Both the position numbers and the translations under genes were made by a program. The notes beneath the pieces are model-generated. The model was not told the DNA's origin and did no database searches. It saw only the letters and a program-made list of their open reading frames with translations. A stretch of DNA of 60,669 nt, the filler included. It is 3 parts of 3 records of this genome, joined end to end, with 100 filler letters (N's around TTAATTAATTAA, not from the genome) between each part and the next. Parts side by side here need not be neighbours in the genome. Positions count along the whole stretch, not along the records: positions 35,247 to 60,669 come from SRR31156797_5639; 2 more parts are not named here. The stretch is one strand, 5' to 3'. How positions within the stretch are numbered: position 1 is the stretch's first letter; every line of letters starts with the position of its first letter. This document shows positions 38,301-47,793 of this stretch, piece by piece.

Positions 38301-39568
38301 AAAAAATAAGTATTGTTGCTAATAAAACATATCTGTTAACATTTAACTATAAAGGGACCAACGCGGAAAGCGGAATTATTGAGCTAGTTGAGGCGGGAGT
38401 TGTAAAACAGACCATTTCTAGTGTAGGTCGATTGTATGCTCACGGAGCAGATATTGGAGTTGGAGGTATGGTTGGAGATTCCTACTTTGAGCCCAATGTT
38501 AACAATCAATCAGGTAATAATTATTTTTTCAAGGGACATTTTGCAGAAATTTCTTACGCAAAAGAGTATCTGTACACAGATAAACGAAATAAGATTGAAA
38601 CTTATTTAGCTTTAAAATATGGTATTACTTTAGATCAAAGTAGTGCTCAAAATTATATGTCGTCAAACGGAACTGTCGTATGGAATGGAACTGATAATTC
38701 GTTATTTAACAATGATATTACTGGTATTGGTTTGGATGTAAATACTAGTTTGGCTCAATTTAAATCCAAGAGTATTAATTCTACAGCAATAGTAACAATC
38801 GCAAATGGTACAGATATAGATAATCCTACAGCAATTTCGACTGATAACTCTTTTTTAATCTGGAGTAATAATGGTGGTACTTCTGGCGATATGACAGGAG
38901 ATTATTTAGGTGTTACCAATAATGGAATTAACAGAATATGGAGAGTATCTGAAACGGGAACTATTGGAACTGTTACTCTTCAGATACCAAAAGGTAGTGT
39001 TGCCGCAGGAGTTACCACACTTTTTGTAAGTTCAGATGCATCATTTCCAAACACTAGCGCAACTGAAAAAATAGCATTAATCTCTAATGGAGCCAATTGG
39101 GAAGTAACTTTTGATTTTGATGACGATAAGTATTTCACATTTGGAAAGTTAAATTCGGCTCCTGAATTAACTAATATTGAAGCTGCAAACTTAAATTACT
39201 GTAGTGGTGACGAGGTAATAAGCAGTACAATTAAGGTTACCGACAATGATAATGATATGATAACAGCTACAATAACTATTTCAGGAGGTTTTATTGCTGG
39301 TGAAGATCAATTGATTTATTCAACAGTATCGGGTGTTACTGCAACAATAACAGATCAAACCATTCAATTAAGTTCTTCAAGTGTTACTAACATCCAGAAT
39401 GCATTAATCACGGTTAAATATAGAAATACTAAAAATGATAGTTCAAGAACTACTGGCAATCGAACAATTAGCTTTATTGTTAATGATGGTGTTGAATCTA
39501 GTAATCAACTAACCAGAGATATAGAAGTATTTCTCATTCCCGCTCCTATTGGTATATTTCATGAATAA
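35381..39568 (+). CDS. Large secreted Gly-rich, adhesin-like surface protein with duplicated beta-rich (LamG-like) modules
   Basis: Signal peptide; poly-Gly region; two copies of IETYLA(I/L)KYGITL..VWN..NNDI.GIG..QF.SKSIN; C-terminus PAPIGIFHE. Confidence 0.8.
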   Translation: MKLSQISSLFILIILLLVVNLTYSQTINGIVNSYARVTNIAGNQFTIGTPAGKAGASLSDFDTGKKVLIYQAKGASINTGNNSSFGQVSTLGNAGRYEIATVQSRSGSTVTFTSVVNSYSTNGMVQLISIPQYNNVTTNGTLTSQAWNQSNGYGGVLILQANTLTLGANISVDGQGFAGGTRSSNNGNGCTTIYRSNSSIYGGKGEGISTYSSNLRGQGPLANGGGGGSTHNAGGGGGSNHGQGGQGGIGWNCTSSNYAGGTAGDAMTYNKTSQRLFFGGGGGGGQQNNSVGTNGGNGGGIIILIVNTLTTNCSANHVISALGNSVGNSGNDGGGGGGAGGVILIHTQNYQPNSCQINLTVDGGDGGNVGSSAAHGGGGGGGSGLIYSSIAFPSGVNTSGSNGADGEDNTGGNHSGNEGTDEPIDIVIDPEVPGVNPVRGPGGHLDGLRIWFMADPNYIFPNDNLSGSIGDGQQLKSWENLAAFNNYLKIQGANTNASFENSSGDLLNYNAVIRMNNTNRNLMSEENVEAQTVVVVTKSNSTNSLAGLVGLEGDKGIRKADDSNYWGSYNNDDWNSGGNSFINGSAGYQHDREWHIVYQERGNSHTNKFYAGGYYNNRGYYGDIAEIISYDDRLSNQEQNQIETYLAIKYGITLVNKNYIDSDGSIVWNATSNNSYNNDIFGIGRDNISLLNQFQSKSINGDAVLDIQAESTLSDRVYLIFGNDNATLTDRSTEVPSSRGERIARIWKVARSGNPGTVELSFDLASLGISSPNVNDFALLISSSEDFTSATEHVTGISLNASQDVLTFTNVSVTNNQYITLATKPKPAPGGGEANLEFWLKADAGTSTTTDGVAVTTWSDQLNTNNAVQRSGISQPIYRTNRLNFNPILDYSGSTNRVLTIPDSDELNNMTSTLEKAFSIVFTTGGDINTRQVIYEEGGTARGINTYIFNGELYIGAWNLNNDGTGSPWGYFSEKISIVANKTYLLTFNYKGTNAESGIIELVEAGVVKQTISSVGRLYAHGADIGVGGMVGDSYFEPNVNNQSGNNYFFKGHFAEISYAKEYLYTDKRNKIETYLALKYGITLDQSSAQNYMSSNGTVVWNGTDNSLFNNDITGIGLDVNTSLAQFKSKSINSTAIVTIANGTDIDNPTAISTDNSFLIWSNNGGTSGDMTGDYLGVTNNGINRIWRVSETGTIGTVTLQIPKGSVAAGVTTLFVSSDASFPNTSATEKIALISNGANWEVTFDFDDDKYFTFGKLNSAPELTNIEAANLNYCSGDEVISSTIKVTDNDNDMITATITISGGFIAGEDQLIYSTVSGVTATITDQTIQLSSSSVTNIQNALITVKYRNTKNDSSRTTGNRTISFIVNDGVESSNQLTRDIEVFLIPAPIGIFHE

Positions 39569-39784
39569 GAATTAACGACATACACCGATATATTATAGAT
39601 AAAAATCGATTCTAAAACCAAAATTCTCGTATTTTTAATGGAGTAAACCTCTTTATTCTCGTTTACATATCTCGCTAGGTAATTATTGATAAGCTTTTTA
39701 CATTCTTCTATATTTAGAGGTATAAGAGGAATTCCTCTTTCTATGAAAATGTAACTATCAAATATTAACCTTATATTCTGGATT

Positions 39785-40840
39785 ATGAAAAAAGCTCGCT
39801 TGTTTTTTCAACTTATAGGAATTGGAATATTCACTATATCATTAATTATTGTTGGTTGTACAAAGGAGGGACCAATGGGACCAGCAGGTGCTGATGGAAC
39901 CGATGGAACGAATGGAACGGATGGAACCGACGGAACAACTTCATGTTTGGCTTGTCACAATACTACTGTTGAGGCGACAATAAATGCTCAGTATGACATG
40001 TCAACACACGGAGGAAGTCAAAATTTTTATCCGGGTAGTCCATTAGTTTCAGATTATGCTGGAGCAAGAAATGATTGTGCAAAATGTCACTCACATGAAG
40101 GGTTCATAGAAACTCAAAAAACGGGTAGAGATACAACCGCTGCAGATTTCGAGATTCCAACCAATATCACTTGTAATACTTGCCATTCAACTCATAGTAC
40201 TTTTGATTTTGAGACTGATGGTCAGGATTATGCGTTAAGCACAAATGCTCCTATTGCATTGTTAATTGATAAGAATGCAGAAATTGATTTTGGCAATAAC
40301 AGTAATCTTTGTGTGAATTGTCACCAACCACGAACAGCTGCTCCTGTTGACGATGGTACTGGTAATTTTACTCATGGTAGTATTCGATTTGGACCTCATC
40401 ATTCACCGCAAGCAACTATGGTCTATGGTATTGGAGGTTATGAAACTTTGGATGGAGACTATTCTGGTGCCCGTAATTCGACACATAATACTGCAGGGTC
40501 GTGTACTTTATGTCATATGAATGAGAAAGACGATGTTGCTTCTCACGATTGGGTACCTACAGTTGAGTCATGTCAGGAATGTCACACTTCATTAACGGAT
40601 TTTGACTTAAATGGTGTTCAAACTGATGTATTGGCTAAAATGGCAACACTTAAAGGTTTATTAGAAACTAATGGTTTGTTAGATGCAACTAGTGGAAATA
40701 CAATCGCAGGAACATTCCCAATTGCTCATGCAGGAGCTTTATTTAATTATAAGACAGTTCTTGAAGATCAAAGTAATGGAGTTCATAATCCAGCTTATAC
40801 AAAAGCCTTATTAGATGAATCTATTGCGGCATTCGATTAA
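39785..40840 (+). CDS. Hexaheme cytochrome c lipoprotein with collagen-like stalk
   Basis: Lipobox IIVG-C, G-X-Y repeats GPMGPAGADGTDGTNGTDGTDG, six CxxCH (CLACH, CAKCH, CNTCH, CVNCH, CTLCH, CQECH). Confidence 0.9.
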   Translation: MKKARLFFQLIGIGIFTISLIIVGCTKEGPMGPAGADGTDGTNGTDGTDGTTSCLACHNTTVEATINAQYDMSTHGGSQNFYPGSPLVSDYAGARNDCAKCHSHEGFIETQKTGRDTTAADFEIPTNITCNTCHSTHSTFDFETDGQDYALSTNAPIALLIDKNAEIDFGNNSNLCVNCHQPRTAAPVDDGTGNFTHGSIRFGPHHSPQATMVYGIGGYETLDGDYSGARNSTHNTAGSCTLCHMNEKDDVASHDWVPTVESCQECHTSLTDFDLNGVQTDVLAKMATLKGLLETNGLLDATSGNTIAGTFPIAHAGALFNYKTVLEDQSNGVHNPAYTKALLDESIAAFD

Positions 40841-40867
40841 ACATTCCTAGAATATCATTATAGAATT

Positions 40868-40932
40868 AGGGCTGATGAATTTCATCAGCCCTTTTTATGT
40901 GTAAAAAAAGCTTGCAATTACTGCAAGCTTTT
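40868..40932. terminator. Two adjacent terminators between convergent genes
   Basis: AGGGCTGATGAA-T-TTCATCAGCCCT + Ts (plus strand) and AAAAGCTTGCA..TGCAAGCTTTT (minus strand). Confidence 0.8.
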
Positions 40933-40951
40933 AATTTTTCCGAAGGGTAAA

Positions 40952-41266
40952 CTATTGTTTTACTTCTTCAACCTTAAATTTCATTTTTTCCAATGCCTTC
41001 TTAAGGTTTTCTTTGTTGGTTTTATCTGTTTTATAGCTAATCGTTACTTTTTGATTCTTAAAATCAACTTTTAACTCTTTAACTCCTTTTTCATAAGGAA
41101 TGTTTTTTTCAATTTTACCGGCACATCCCATGCAGTCCATTTCAACTTTAAATACAACTGACTCTACTTTTTTTGCATCTTTGCTCCCCGCAAATGCCAT
41201 ATTTGAAAGTAAGATAATGCTTAGGGCTAGAATTGTGCTTTTTAAGATTTGTGTTAAATTCTTCAT
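40952..41266 (-). CDS. Periplasmic heavy-metal-associated (HMA) domain protein
   Basis: Signal peptide; MDCMGCAGKIE motif. Confidence 0.88.
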   Translation of the reverse strand: MKNLTQILKSTILALSIILLSNMAFAGSKDAKKVESVVFKVEMDCMGCAGKIEKNIPYEKGVKELKVDFKNQKVTISYKTDKTNKENLKKALEKMKFKVEEVKQ

Positions 41267-41301
41267 GTTTAAATTTTTTATGGTTTAGGTATTAGTATTG
41301 T

Positions 41302-43527
41302 TTATTCTCGGTCAATTGTGAATCGTACGCCAACATAAAACTTGCGTTCTTGTATTGGTCCCCAAATCATTGAGGCATCGAAATTTTCATTAAAAGGATT
41401 GTCTGCAGAAATAATAGGATCTTTCTGGGTATAATTACCTAAGTTTTCAGCTCCTACATAAATTTCCCAAATTCTGAATCTCTTTGTTACCTGTGCATTC
41501 ATCAGTGCATAAGTTGGAGACTTCTCCCTTCTCTGGTGTTGTGTTGGGTTTTCCTGAGTAGAAGGTATTCTCATATCACCATTGAATTGTGTCGTAAAAT
41601 CAAATTGCCATTTGTTAAAGTTTGTGGCATAAGATAAATTGATTAAACCTTTATATTGATTTACATATGGAACTTTTTGAAATTCATTATTGATATCTGC
41701 TTTTACATCAGAAAAACGAATTGCCGTTGTTACATCAAACCTTTCAATCGGCTCAAATTTTAATTCTACCTGATAATTGTTTGCCCACGATTTGCCTTCA
41801 AGATTATAAAATTGCACAGCGTTTACACTATGGTCCAGATCAACAATAACTTGATTTTCGAAGGAAGTTCTATAAAAATCGGCAGATAGTGTAAATCCCT
41901 TTCCGAATAAATCGAAATACTGAGTCATACTCAAACCAAAATTCCAGGCTTTTTCCTGTTTTAAATCTTCCAAAATTTCGAATGAACGATTCGATGCCAA
42001 CAAGAAACTATTCTCGGCAATTGGATTTGATGTTCTTCTTCCACTACCAGCAGCTAAACGCATTGTGGATTTAGGAGCAAATTGATATCTGAAATGAATA
42101 CGAGGTGTTAAAAATCCATCGTAGATATTGTGATTGTCATATCTTAAGCCAGTTTGTAAGGTAATGTTATCGTTAGGTAGCCAGGTGTATTCCAGGTAAG
42201 CTCCACCAACTTTTTCTGTTCTATTGGTGCTTAAATTATCACCAGTTAAGTGATCTTTAAAATCATCATATACAAAGGATAAACCTGCAGTGTATTTGTG
42301 TTTTAAATTGCCAATATAAGATTGAAACAATAAATTCGCGTAGAAATACTTCTGGTCTGCATCGTAATTTCTTAGTCCATAAAAGGAATTTTGCTCATGT
42401 GATGCAAAGTTGGTAATCAAAGCGATACTCTTATCGTCATCGTTTGGAAAGATATAGCCAAATTTAGCAAAAGCTTCATATCTTCTGGTATCAATATCAA
42501 TCCGATAAGCATTATTAGAATCATTAGGTTTGCTTTCATCAAACCCTTTTTGACCTCCAATTCGCTTCTCATCAATAAATTTTGCACCAAATTGTACTTT
42601 TAAAAACTCACTTGCATCCCAATTCCATCGGTTGATAAAATTGTATTGCGTTACCATTGGATCATCTAAGAAATCATCATGATTTTTGTCAATTTCTTTA
42701 TCATTATCCTGAACATGTGCCAATATAGAAGTAGACAATTTAGGTGATAATTTGGCTGATGTAATAATATTTGCCTCAGCCATTCCCATACTATTTGCAT
42801 AGGTATTTAAATAGAATTTTGGTGAATTTTGTGGTTTTTGATATTCAATATTAATTTGTCCGGTGATGGATTCATATCCATTTATAACCGAGCCTACACC
42901 CTTTGATACTTGAATTGATTCCATCCATGGACCAGGAACATATACCATTCCGTAAACTGAAGCTAAGCCTTTAAAATTGGGGTTTTTCTCAGTCATCATT
43001 TCGATGTACTTACCGGTTAGTCCCAATAATTTAATGGATTTTGCACCAGTAGCTGCGTCGGCATACGAAACATCAACAGAAGCATTGGTCTCAAAACTTT
43101 CCGAAAGATTACAGCAGGCAGCTTTACAAAGTTCTGCACCTGTAATGCTTTGCGATTGTATTGGATTATCTCGGTCTAAAACAGTTCCCAGTTTTCTTTT
43201 AGAAATTACCACTTCATTTAAAGAAATGTTTGGAACTAATTCTACCAGAATCTCATCTTTGTTACTTTCATTTATTGATATTTCTTTGGTTTCATATCCA
43301 ACGAACTGCACAACCAATGTGTTTGATTTAGAGGTTGAGCTCAAGTTAAATACACCATCAGCATTGGCTGCAGTACCAATATTGGTATTTTTCCAGAAAA
43401 CAGAAGCTCCCGCTAACGGGATGATTTCTCCTGAATTAGGTTTTTCTATAATTTTCCCTTTTATATCTTTTGCAAAGCATATACAGGGAACTAGAGAAAG
43501 GATTATCGTAATAATTCTAATCTTCAT
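41302..43527 (-). CDS. TonB-dependent receptor (probable metal uptake)
   Basis: N-terminal CarboxypepD_reg-like domain, plug ELCKAACCNLSESFETN, C-terminal GAENL..FYVGVRF. Confidence 0.9.
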   Translation of the reverse strand: MKIRIITIILSLVPCICFAKDIKGKIIEKPNSGEIIPLAGASVFWKNTNIGTAANADGVFNLSSTSKSNTLVVQFVGYETKEISINESNKDEILVELVPNISLNEVVISKRKLGTVLDRDNPIQSQSITGAELCKAACCNLSESFETNASVDVSYADAATGAKSIKLLGLTGKYIEMMTEKNPNFKGLASVYGMVYVPGPWMESIQVSKGVGSVINGYESITGQINIEYQKPQNSPKFYLNTYANSMGMAEANIITSAKLSPKLSTSILAHVQDNDKEIDKNHDDFLDDPMVTQYNFINRWNWDASEFLKVQFGAKFIDEKRIGGQKGFDESKPNDSNNAYRIDIDTRRYEAFAKFGYIFPNDDDKSIALITNFASHEQNSFYGLRNYDADQKYFYANLLFQSYIGNLKHKYTAGLSFVYDDFKDHLTGDNLSTNRTEKVGGAYLEYTWLPNDNITLQTGLRYDNHNIYDGFLTPRIHFRYQFAPKSTMRLAAGSGRRTSNPIAENSFLLASNRSFEILEDLKQEKAWNFGLSMTQYFDLFGKGFTLSADFYRTSFENQVIVDLDHSVNAVQFYNLEGKSWANNYQVELKFEPIERFDVTTAIRFSDVKADINNEFQKVPYVNQYKGLINLSYATNFNKWQFDFTTQFNGDMRIPSTQENPTQHQRREKSPTYALMNAQVTKRFRIWEIYVGAENLGNYTQKDPIISADNPFNENFDASMIWGPIQERKFYVGVRFTIDRE

Positions 43528-43678
43528 AAAAAGTAATTGTATAGTATTAGAGCCTTAAGATCAAGTTAAATAGATCTTTAGTCTAATAAGTATTTCCAGA
43601 ATAAATGTTTGTTGTTATTAGAATATTGAATGATTTCAAATTATTTTGAAATCATAAATCAAAGTATTTGATTGAATA

Positions 43679-44131
43679 TCAACAAAGGAAGCAACAAAGG
43701 AATTCCTGCATGATCTTATCTGAAGAATCTAAATAAGAATCAAAGTATTCCAATGATGGAATTTCAGGAGTTAAAAATGAAAGAATTTTAAAATTATCGG
43801 TAACAAATAGATTTAACTCCAATATATTAGGAGCTTTACTATTTTTACTAATTGTAGTTGTTGGATTAGTTTTTAGAAAAACAAAATCGTAATCACAGCA
43901 TATTTGAGGTGTGTCAGAAGTTGGTTCAATATGAGACTCACGAGAATGATCATGACTCTCACAACAACAATGTTCACTTCCCGCTGCGAAATTATCAGCA
44001 CTAAGCGTTATGTGAAGATCTGAATGATTACATGAAAAACAGCTATGTTTAATGAAATGAATACCGCAAATTCCTGTTAGGTAAAAAACCAACAGAATCA
44101 TTGAAAAAATATTTTTAAGCGGTTGTTTCAT
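43679..44131 (-). CDS. Cys/His-rich small protein (HYC_CC_PP-like) preceding the TonB receptor
   Basis: KHSCFSC, HCCCESHDH, ICCD, terminal CCFLC. Confidence 0.7.
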   Translation of the reverse strand: MKQPLKNIFSMILLVFYLTGICGIHFIKHSCFSCNHSDLHITLSADNFAAGSEHCCCESHDHSRESHIEPTSDTPQICCDYDFVFLKTNPTTTISKNSKAPNILELNLFVTDNFKILSFLTPEIPSLEYFDSYLDSSDKIMQEFLCCFLC

Positions 44132-44358
44132 TAGTTCACTCGATACTTAACTATTTAATGTACTTAATATATAGACAGGCAAAATTATAAAAAGGGTGAA
44201 AGAAAACGACTAATTTTTTGTTATTTTTTTCATAAATAAATCGAATTGGTTGATTTTAAGTACGTATGTAGACTTAATAATGTTGTGAATTCTATTATTC
44301 TTAGGAATAAATTAACAGTTTATAACTCATTTTGAAGTTGATTATGTTTTTTCACCAT

Positions 44359-44390
44359 AAAAAAACCGAACTGCTTAAAGTCCGGTTTTT
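44359..44390 (-). terminator. Terminator after cytochrome b gene
   Basis: AAAAACCG..CGGTTTTT with a longer T-run on the minus strand. Confidence 0.65.
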
Positions 44391-44413
44391 AATATTTTAA
44401 ATTATAGATTTAA

Positions 44414-45028
44414 CTAATGCCAACCAGTTATCATACTTTTAAAGTTACTGCTGATCGAACTTCCTATTGTACACACATATATATGAATAAATAAGAATAG
44501 GGAAAGTACAAATCCAATGATCACATGTACAAGGGCAGTTATTAATAATCCACTCAGCCCAAAAATCTGAGGAAGAATTATTTCGGGAAATAACATGGCT
44601 ATGCCGCTTGCAATTATTATTGGAAATCCAATATACATCGCAGTGGAATATATGAACCTTTGAAGAGGATTGAATTTGTTTTCAACAGTAATAGGGAATG
44701 GAGCTTCTTGTTTTTTGAACATTCCAAACAGGTAAAAAATGGATTGATCAAACAATCTTTTAAATAAGCCTTTGGTTTTCATTTTGTATTGTTTCCCATT
44801 TGAAGTGAACAAATTACCGATTATAAATATCAGATAATTTATGCTTATAATGATACCACAAATATTATGAAGCTGCACAGATAATTCAAATGGAATTAAT
44901 AACGGATTTTCAGGATTTGAATACTGCATACTAACTCCGGTTAAAAGCAGTATAATGAATAGAATAGCATTTAGCCAGTGCCAAATTCGAATCCAAATAG
45001 GATATAAATATAATTTTTCGTCAGCCAT
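44414..45028 (-). CDS. Di-heme cytochrome b (Ni/Fe-hydrogenase b-subunit / FdnI-like fold)
   Basis: RIWHWLNA, QLHNICG, KFNPLQR, LVHV..IHIY, SMITGW; probable start MADEKLY at 45028. Confidence 0.88.
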   Translation of the reverse strand: MADEKLYLYPIWIRIWHWLNAILFIILLLTGVSMQYSNPENPLLIPFELSVQLHNICGIIISINYLIFIIGNLFTSNGKQYKMKTKGLFKRLFDQSIFYLFGMFKKQEAPFPITVENKFNPLQRFIYSTAMYIGFPIIIASGIAMLFPEIILPQIFGLSGLLITALVHVIIGFVLSLFLFIHIYVCTIGSSISSNFKSMITGWH

Positions 45029-45029
45029 A

Positions 45030-45971
45030 TTATTTGCGTTTAAAAATTCGGAAAATACTGTGGGTAAATATTCCAACCAATACTAGCCCAAAAAGAATTA
45101 CACTTAATATGTTTAGATATTGATTCCTATTTGCACCAATTACATATGAATCGTTTAGAATTACGGCATTTAAAAATCCGCCACTTTTTCTTGATTCTAA
45201 ACTCTTATACTTGTACAAACTTGCCATTAAATGTGAATTCTCCGAATGACATGAAGTGCATTCACGAATCGCATTTTCTTTAGGCATTACAACATGACTA
45301 ACTAATAAACTATCATTTAATTGGGTATGACATTCAATACACCTAACATTTTTAAAGTGTAACTCTTGATTTGGCAACCAGTCATGTGTTTTAAGAATAT
45401 TAATATCTTCTCTTTCTGTTAATAGCTCATATTTACTGATATCGGCGTGACAGCTTAAGCAAATATTATTATCATACAAGACTGTTTCTGTGATTTTTTC
45501 ACTAACTCTTGCTTGTGTTTTATATGAGTGTGGATTGTGGCAACTCCAGCATGTAAATGCATCAGGAGAGCGATTGTAATGCATACTCTCATAAAATGCC
45601 TCTTCGATAGCTTCGAAATGAAATTTTTCATATTCTGGATCACCTGCATGACAATCGTTACAAGCATACATCATCTCCATACGAAGATTTCCTGCGTGAG
45701 GAAAAGTTTCATAGTCTGGCGAATGACAATCAGTACATTTAAACATTCCATGATTAGATTGTGCATAGGCAATGGTGTCTATCATTCTGTTAGCACACAT
45801 CGACTCTTTGATTTCCATTCCGAAATCTTCGTTCATGTACTTATATGTTCTGTTTCCGTGACACTTCAGGCATTCCTGGTTCTTTTTTGTATCAACAGGA
45901 GGATTATCTTGAGCGTGTAGCACGGTAACGGTCAAGATTAATCCGATAAAAACCGTTAAATGTTTTAGCAT
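45030..45971 (-). CDS. Heptaheme cytochrome c with C-terminal membrane anchor
   Basis: Signal peptide; CLKCH, CTDCH, CNDCH, CWSCH, CLSCH, CIECH, CTSCH; C-terminal TM helix containing a His. Confidence 0.9.
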   Translation of the reverse strand: MLKHLTVFIGLILTVTVLHAQDNPPVDTKKNQECLKCHGNRTYKYMNEDFGMEIKESMCANRMIDTIAYAQSNHGMFKCTDCHSPDYETFPHAGNLRMEMMYACNDCHAGDPEYEKFHFEAIEEAFYESMHYNRSPDAFTCWSCHNPHSYKTQARVSEKITETVLYDNNICLSCHADISKYELLTEREDINILKTHDWLPNQELHFKNVRCIECHTQLNDSLLVSHVVMPKENAIRECTSCHSENSHLMASLYKYKSLESRKSGGFLNAVILNDSYVIGANRNQYLNILSVILFGLVLVGIFTHSIFRIFKRK

Positions 45972-46020
45972 ATTGGTTTTATTACATGGGTTAGTTACAA
46001 ATCAGGTCTGACAAAAGACA

Positions 46021-46056
46021 AAAAAGGGTATAATGCAATGTAATTATACCCTTTTT
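46021..46056. terminator. Hairpin between monoheme and heptaheme cytochrome genes
   Basis: AAAAAGGGTATAAT..ATTATACCCTTTTT. Confidence 0.7.
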
Positions 46057-46072
46057 TATCCTTAAAATAATT

Positions 46073-46477
46073 TTACTTTTTAAATGAGCGCATGTAATTT
46101 ACAACAGCCCATCTGTCTTTCTTGCTAGGTATCTTTTTCTCATAATTTGGCATTTCATCTCTACCAATGATAGACTTGTACAAAATTTCGCCATCTTTTT
46201 GAGCGTGAAATTCGGCTGAAGAGAAGTCACCTGGGAAAGTTTTAAGACGAGCTGCCTTTGGTCCATCACCTAAACCTTGGTTCCCGTGACAAGAGCGACA
46301 ATGTTTCATGTATACCATTTTACCTTTTTTAATGCTGGCTTGATCATCTGCAATTGGGTTTTCCAAACTCTTATACTCTGCAGGAACTTCCCATGGTCCC
46401 GCCTTCTTTTGTTGAACTGTAAATGCAAAACCAACTATTGCAATGGCAATTAAGGTAAAAATTTTTATCGTTTTCAT
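46073..46477 (-). CDS. Monoheme cytochrome c
   Basis: Signal peptide, CRSCHG..GDGP, distal Met in GRDEMP. Confidence 0.9.
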   Translation of the reverse strand: MKTIKIFTLIAIAIVGFAFTVQQKKAGPWEVPAEYKSLENPIADDQASIKKGKMVYMKHCRSCHGNQGLGDGPKAARLKTFPGDFSSAEFHAQKDGEILYKSIIGRDEMPNYEKKIPSKKDRWAVVNYMRSFKK

Positions 46478-46501
46478 AAGCTTAATTTTTTATGAGAGAT
46501 T

Positions 46502-47410
46502 TTAAAATCTTACTAAGATGTTGAATCCAACAAGAAAATCTCCGTCACTAATTTTATTTTTATTGTATAAAGCATTCCTTTGCGGAGTAATTCCCTCATA
46601 GTTCGACATAAACACTTGGAATACATGTGTACTAGTACCAATTTCTATACCAAAAGATAGATTTGCTTCAGGATCGTTATCATCCGATTCATATTCCCTC
46701 ATATCATCAATGTTTAAAGGCTGATCATATTCAAAAAATACTGACATTGACGGAGTAACTTTAGCTCTACCTGCTAGTGAAATGGCAAACTTATCGTGTT
46801 CAACCAAAGAATCTGTTTTATTAAAGTGTGTAAAACTTGGAGCTAATTGCAGCGAAATGTTATCATTGAATTTATGCGCAACAATGATTTGTGAGAAATA
46901 AGCTAATCTGTCTGAGAATGTATAATCATTTCCAAAAACAACCTTATCTTGAGAATTAATAGCTAAATTACCATACAAAGCGACTGACACAGGAATAGAA
47001 TTCGATTCAGTTTGTGTAAAAACTCTGTACTTACCATGAAATTCCTGTAGTTTGAACTCTTTGGTATAACCATAACCAATCATGAATTTTTCGGTTATAC
47101 CATAATCAATACCCATTCGGATATTAGATGTAGAATATATGCCGAAAACATCTTCCAAGCCATTTTCGATTAAACCAAAACGATGCTGGATATGCAAACC
47201 AAATTCACCTGCATATGGAGTTTCAGTAGTTTGTGTTTCACCTAATAAGCCTGATTCGAATGTGCCACTTACAGGTTCGTTAGCGAATTCATCCTCTTGG
47301 GCAAGAGTAGGTATCGACATTCCAATAATAAAAGTCAATATTAATAGACATGGAAGGAAAATCGATAAAAAGGAATATTTATCTCTTTTACTGATATATT
47401 TTGTATTCAT
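46502..47410 (-). CDS. DUF5777-family outer-membrane beta-barrel
   Basis: IQHRFG, NIRMGIDYG, GIEIGTSTHVFQ, C-terminal GFNILVRF. Confidence 0.85.
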   Translation of the reverse strand: MNTKYISKRDKYSFLSIFLPCLLILTFIIGMSIPTLAQEDEFANEPVSGTFESGLLGETQTTETPYAGEFGLHIQHRFGLIENGLEDVFGIYSTSNIRMGIDYGITEKFMIGYGYTKEFKLQEFHGKYRVFTQTESNSIPVSVALYGNLAINSQDKVVFGNDYTFSDRLAYFSQIIVAHKFNDNISLQLAPSFTHFNKTDSLVEHDKFAISLAGRAKVTPSMSVFFEYDQPLNIDDMREYESDDNDPEANLSFGIEIGTSTHVFQVFMSNYEGITPQRNALYNKNKISDGDFLVGFNILVRF

Positions 47411-47421
47411 AGTCTTAATTT

Positions 47422-47793
47422 TTAGTTGTTGTTAGCACCTCGGGTTATCCATTCAAGAATCAACTGCTTTTCGGTGGCAGAAGCCCTTGTACTATGAGAT
47501 CCTTCCAGTAAAACCTTATACAGTTCGCTATCGGCAGGTGTTTCGGTGTTGATGTAACCACCATTTTGTAGAGCAGTGTATGCATTTGCTTCTCTTAAAT
47601 CCGGATCTATTCCACCATCATGACAATCAACACAATTAGCATTGAATATCGGTTGGATATCATTACCAAAAGTAACCTCTTGATCTGGTGGAATTACAAT
47701 TTCATCGAATTCTACTGTATCGTACTCACAGGAGACAAAGCAGAGCAGTGCCGCAAAAATCGGTAACAGGTGTACTAATTTGCTCTTTTGCAT
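47422..47793 (-). CDS. Monoheme cytochrome c lipoprotein
   Basis: Lipobox FVS-C; DIQPIFNANCVDCH; EWITRGANNN. Confidence 0.85.
   Translation of the reverse strand: MQKSKLVHLLPIFAALLCFVSCEYDTVEFDEIVIPPDQEVTFGNDIQPIFNANCVDCHDGGIDPDLREANAYTALQNGGYINTETPADSELYKVLLEGSHSTRASATEKQLILEWITRGANNN

Noticed and set aside
44414-45028. Hydrogenase or formate dehydrogenase operon
   Set aside because: Only the cytochrome b fold is present; no catalytic, Fe-S or maturation genes nearby.
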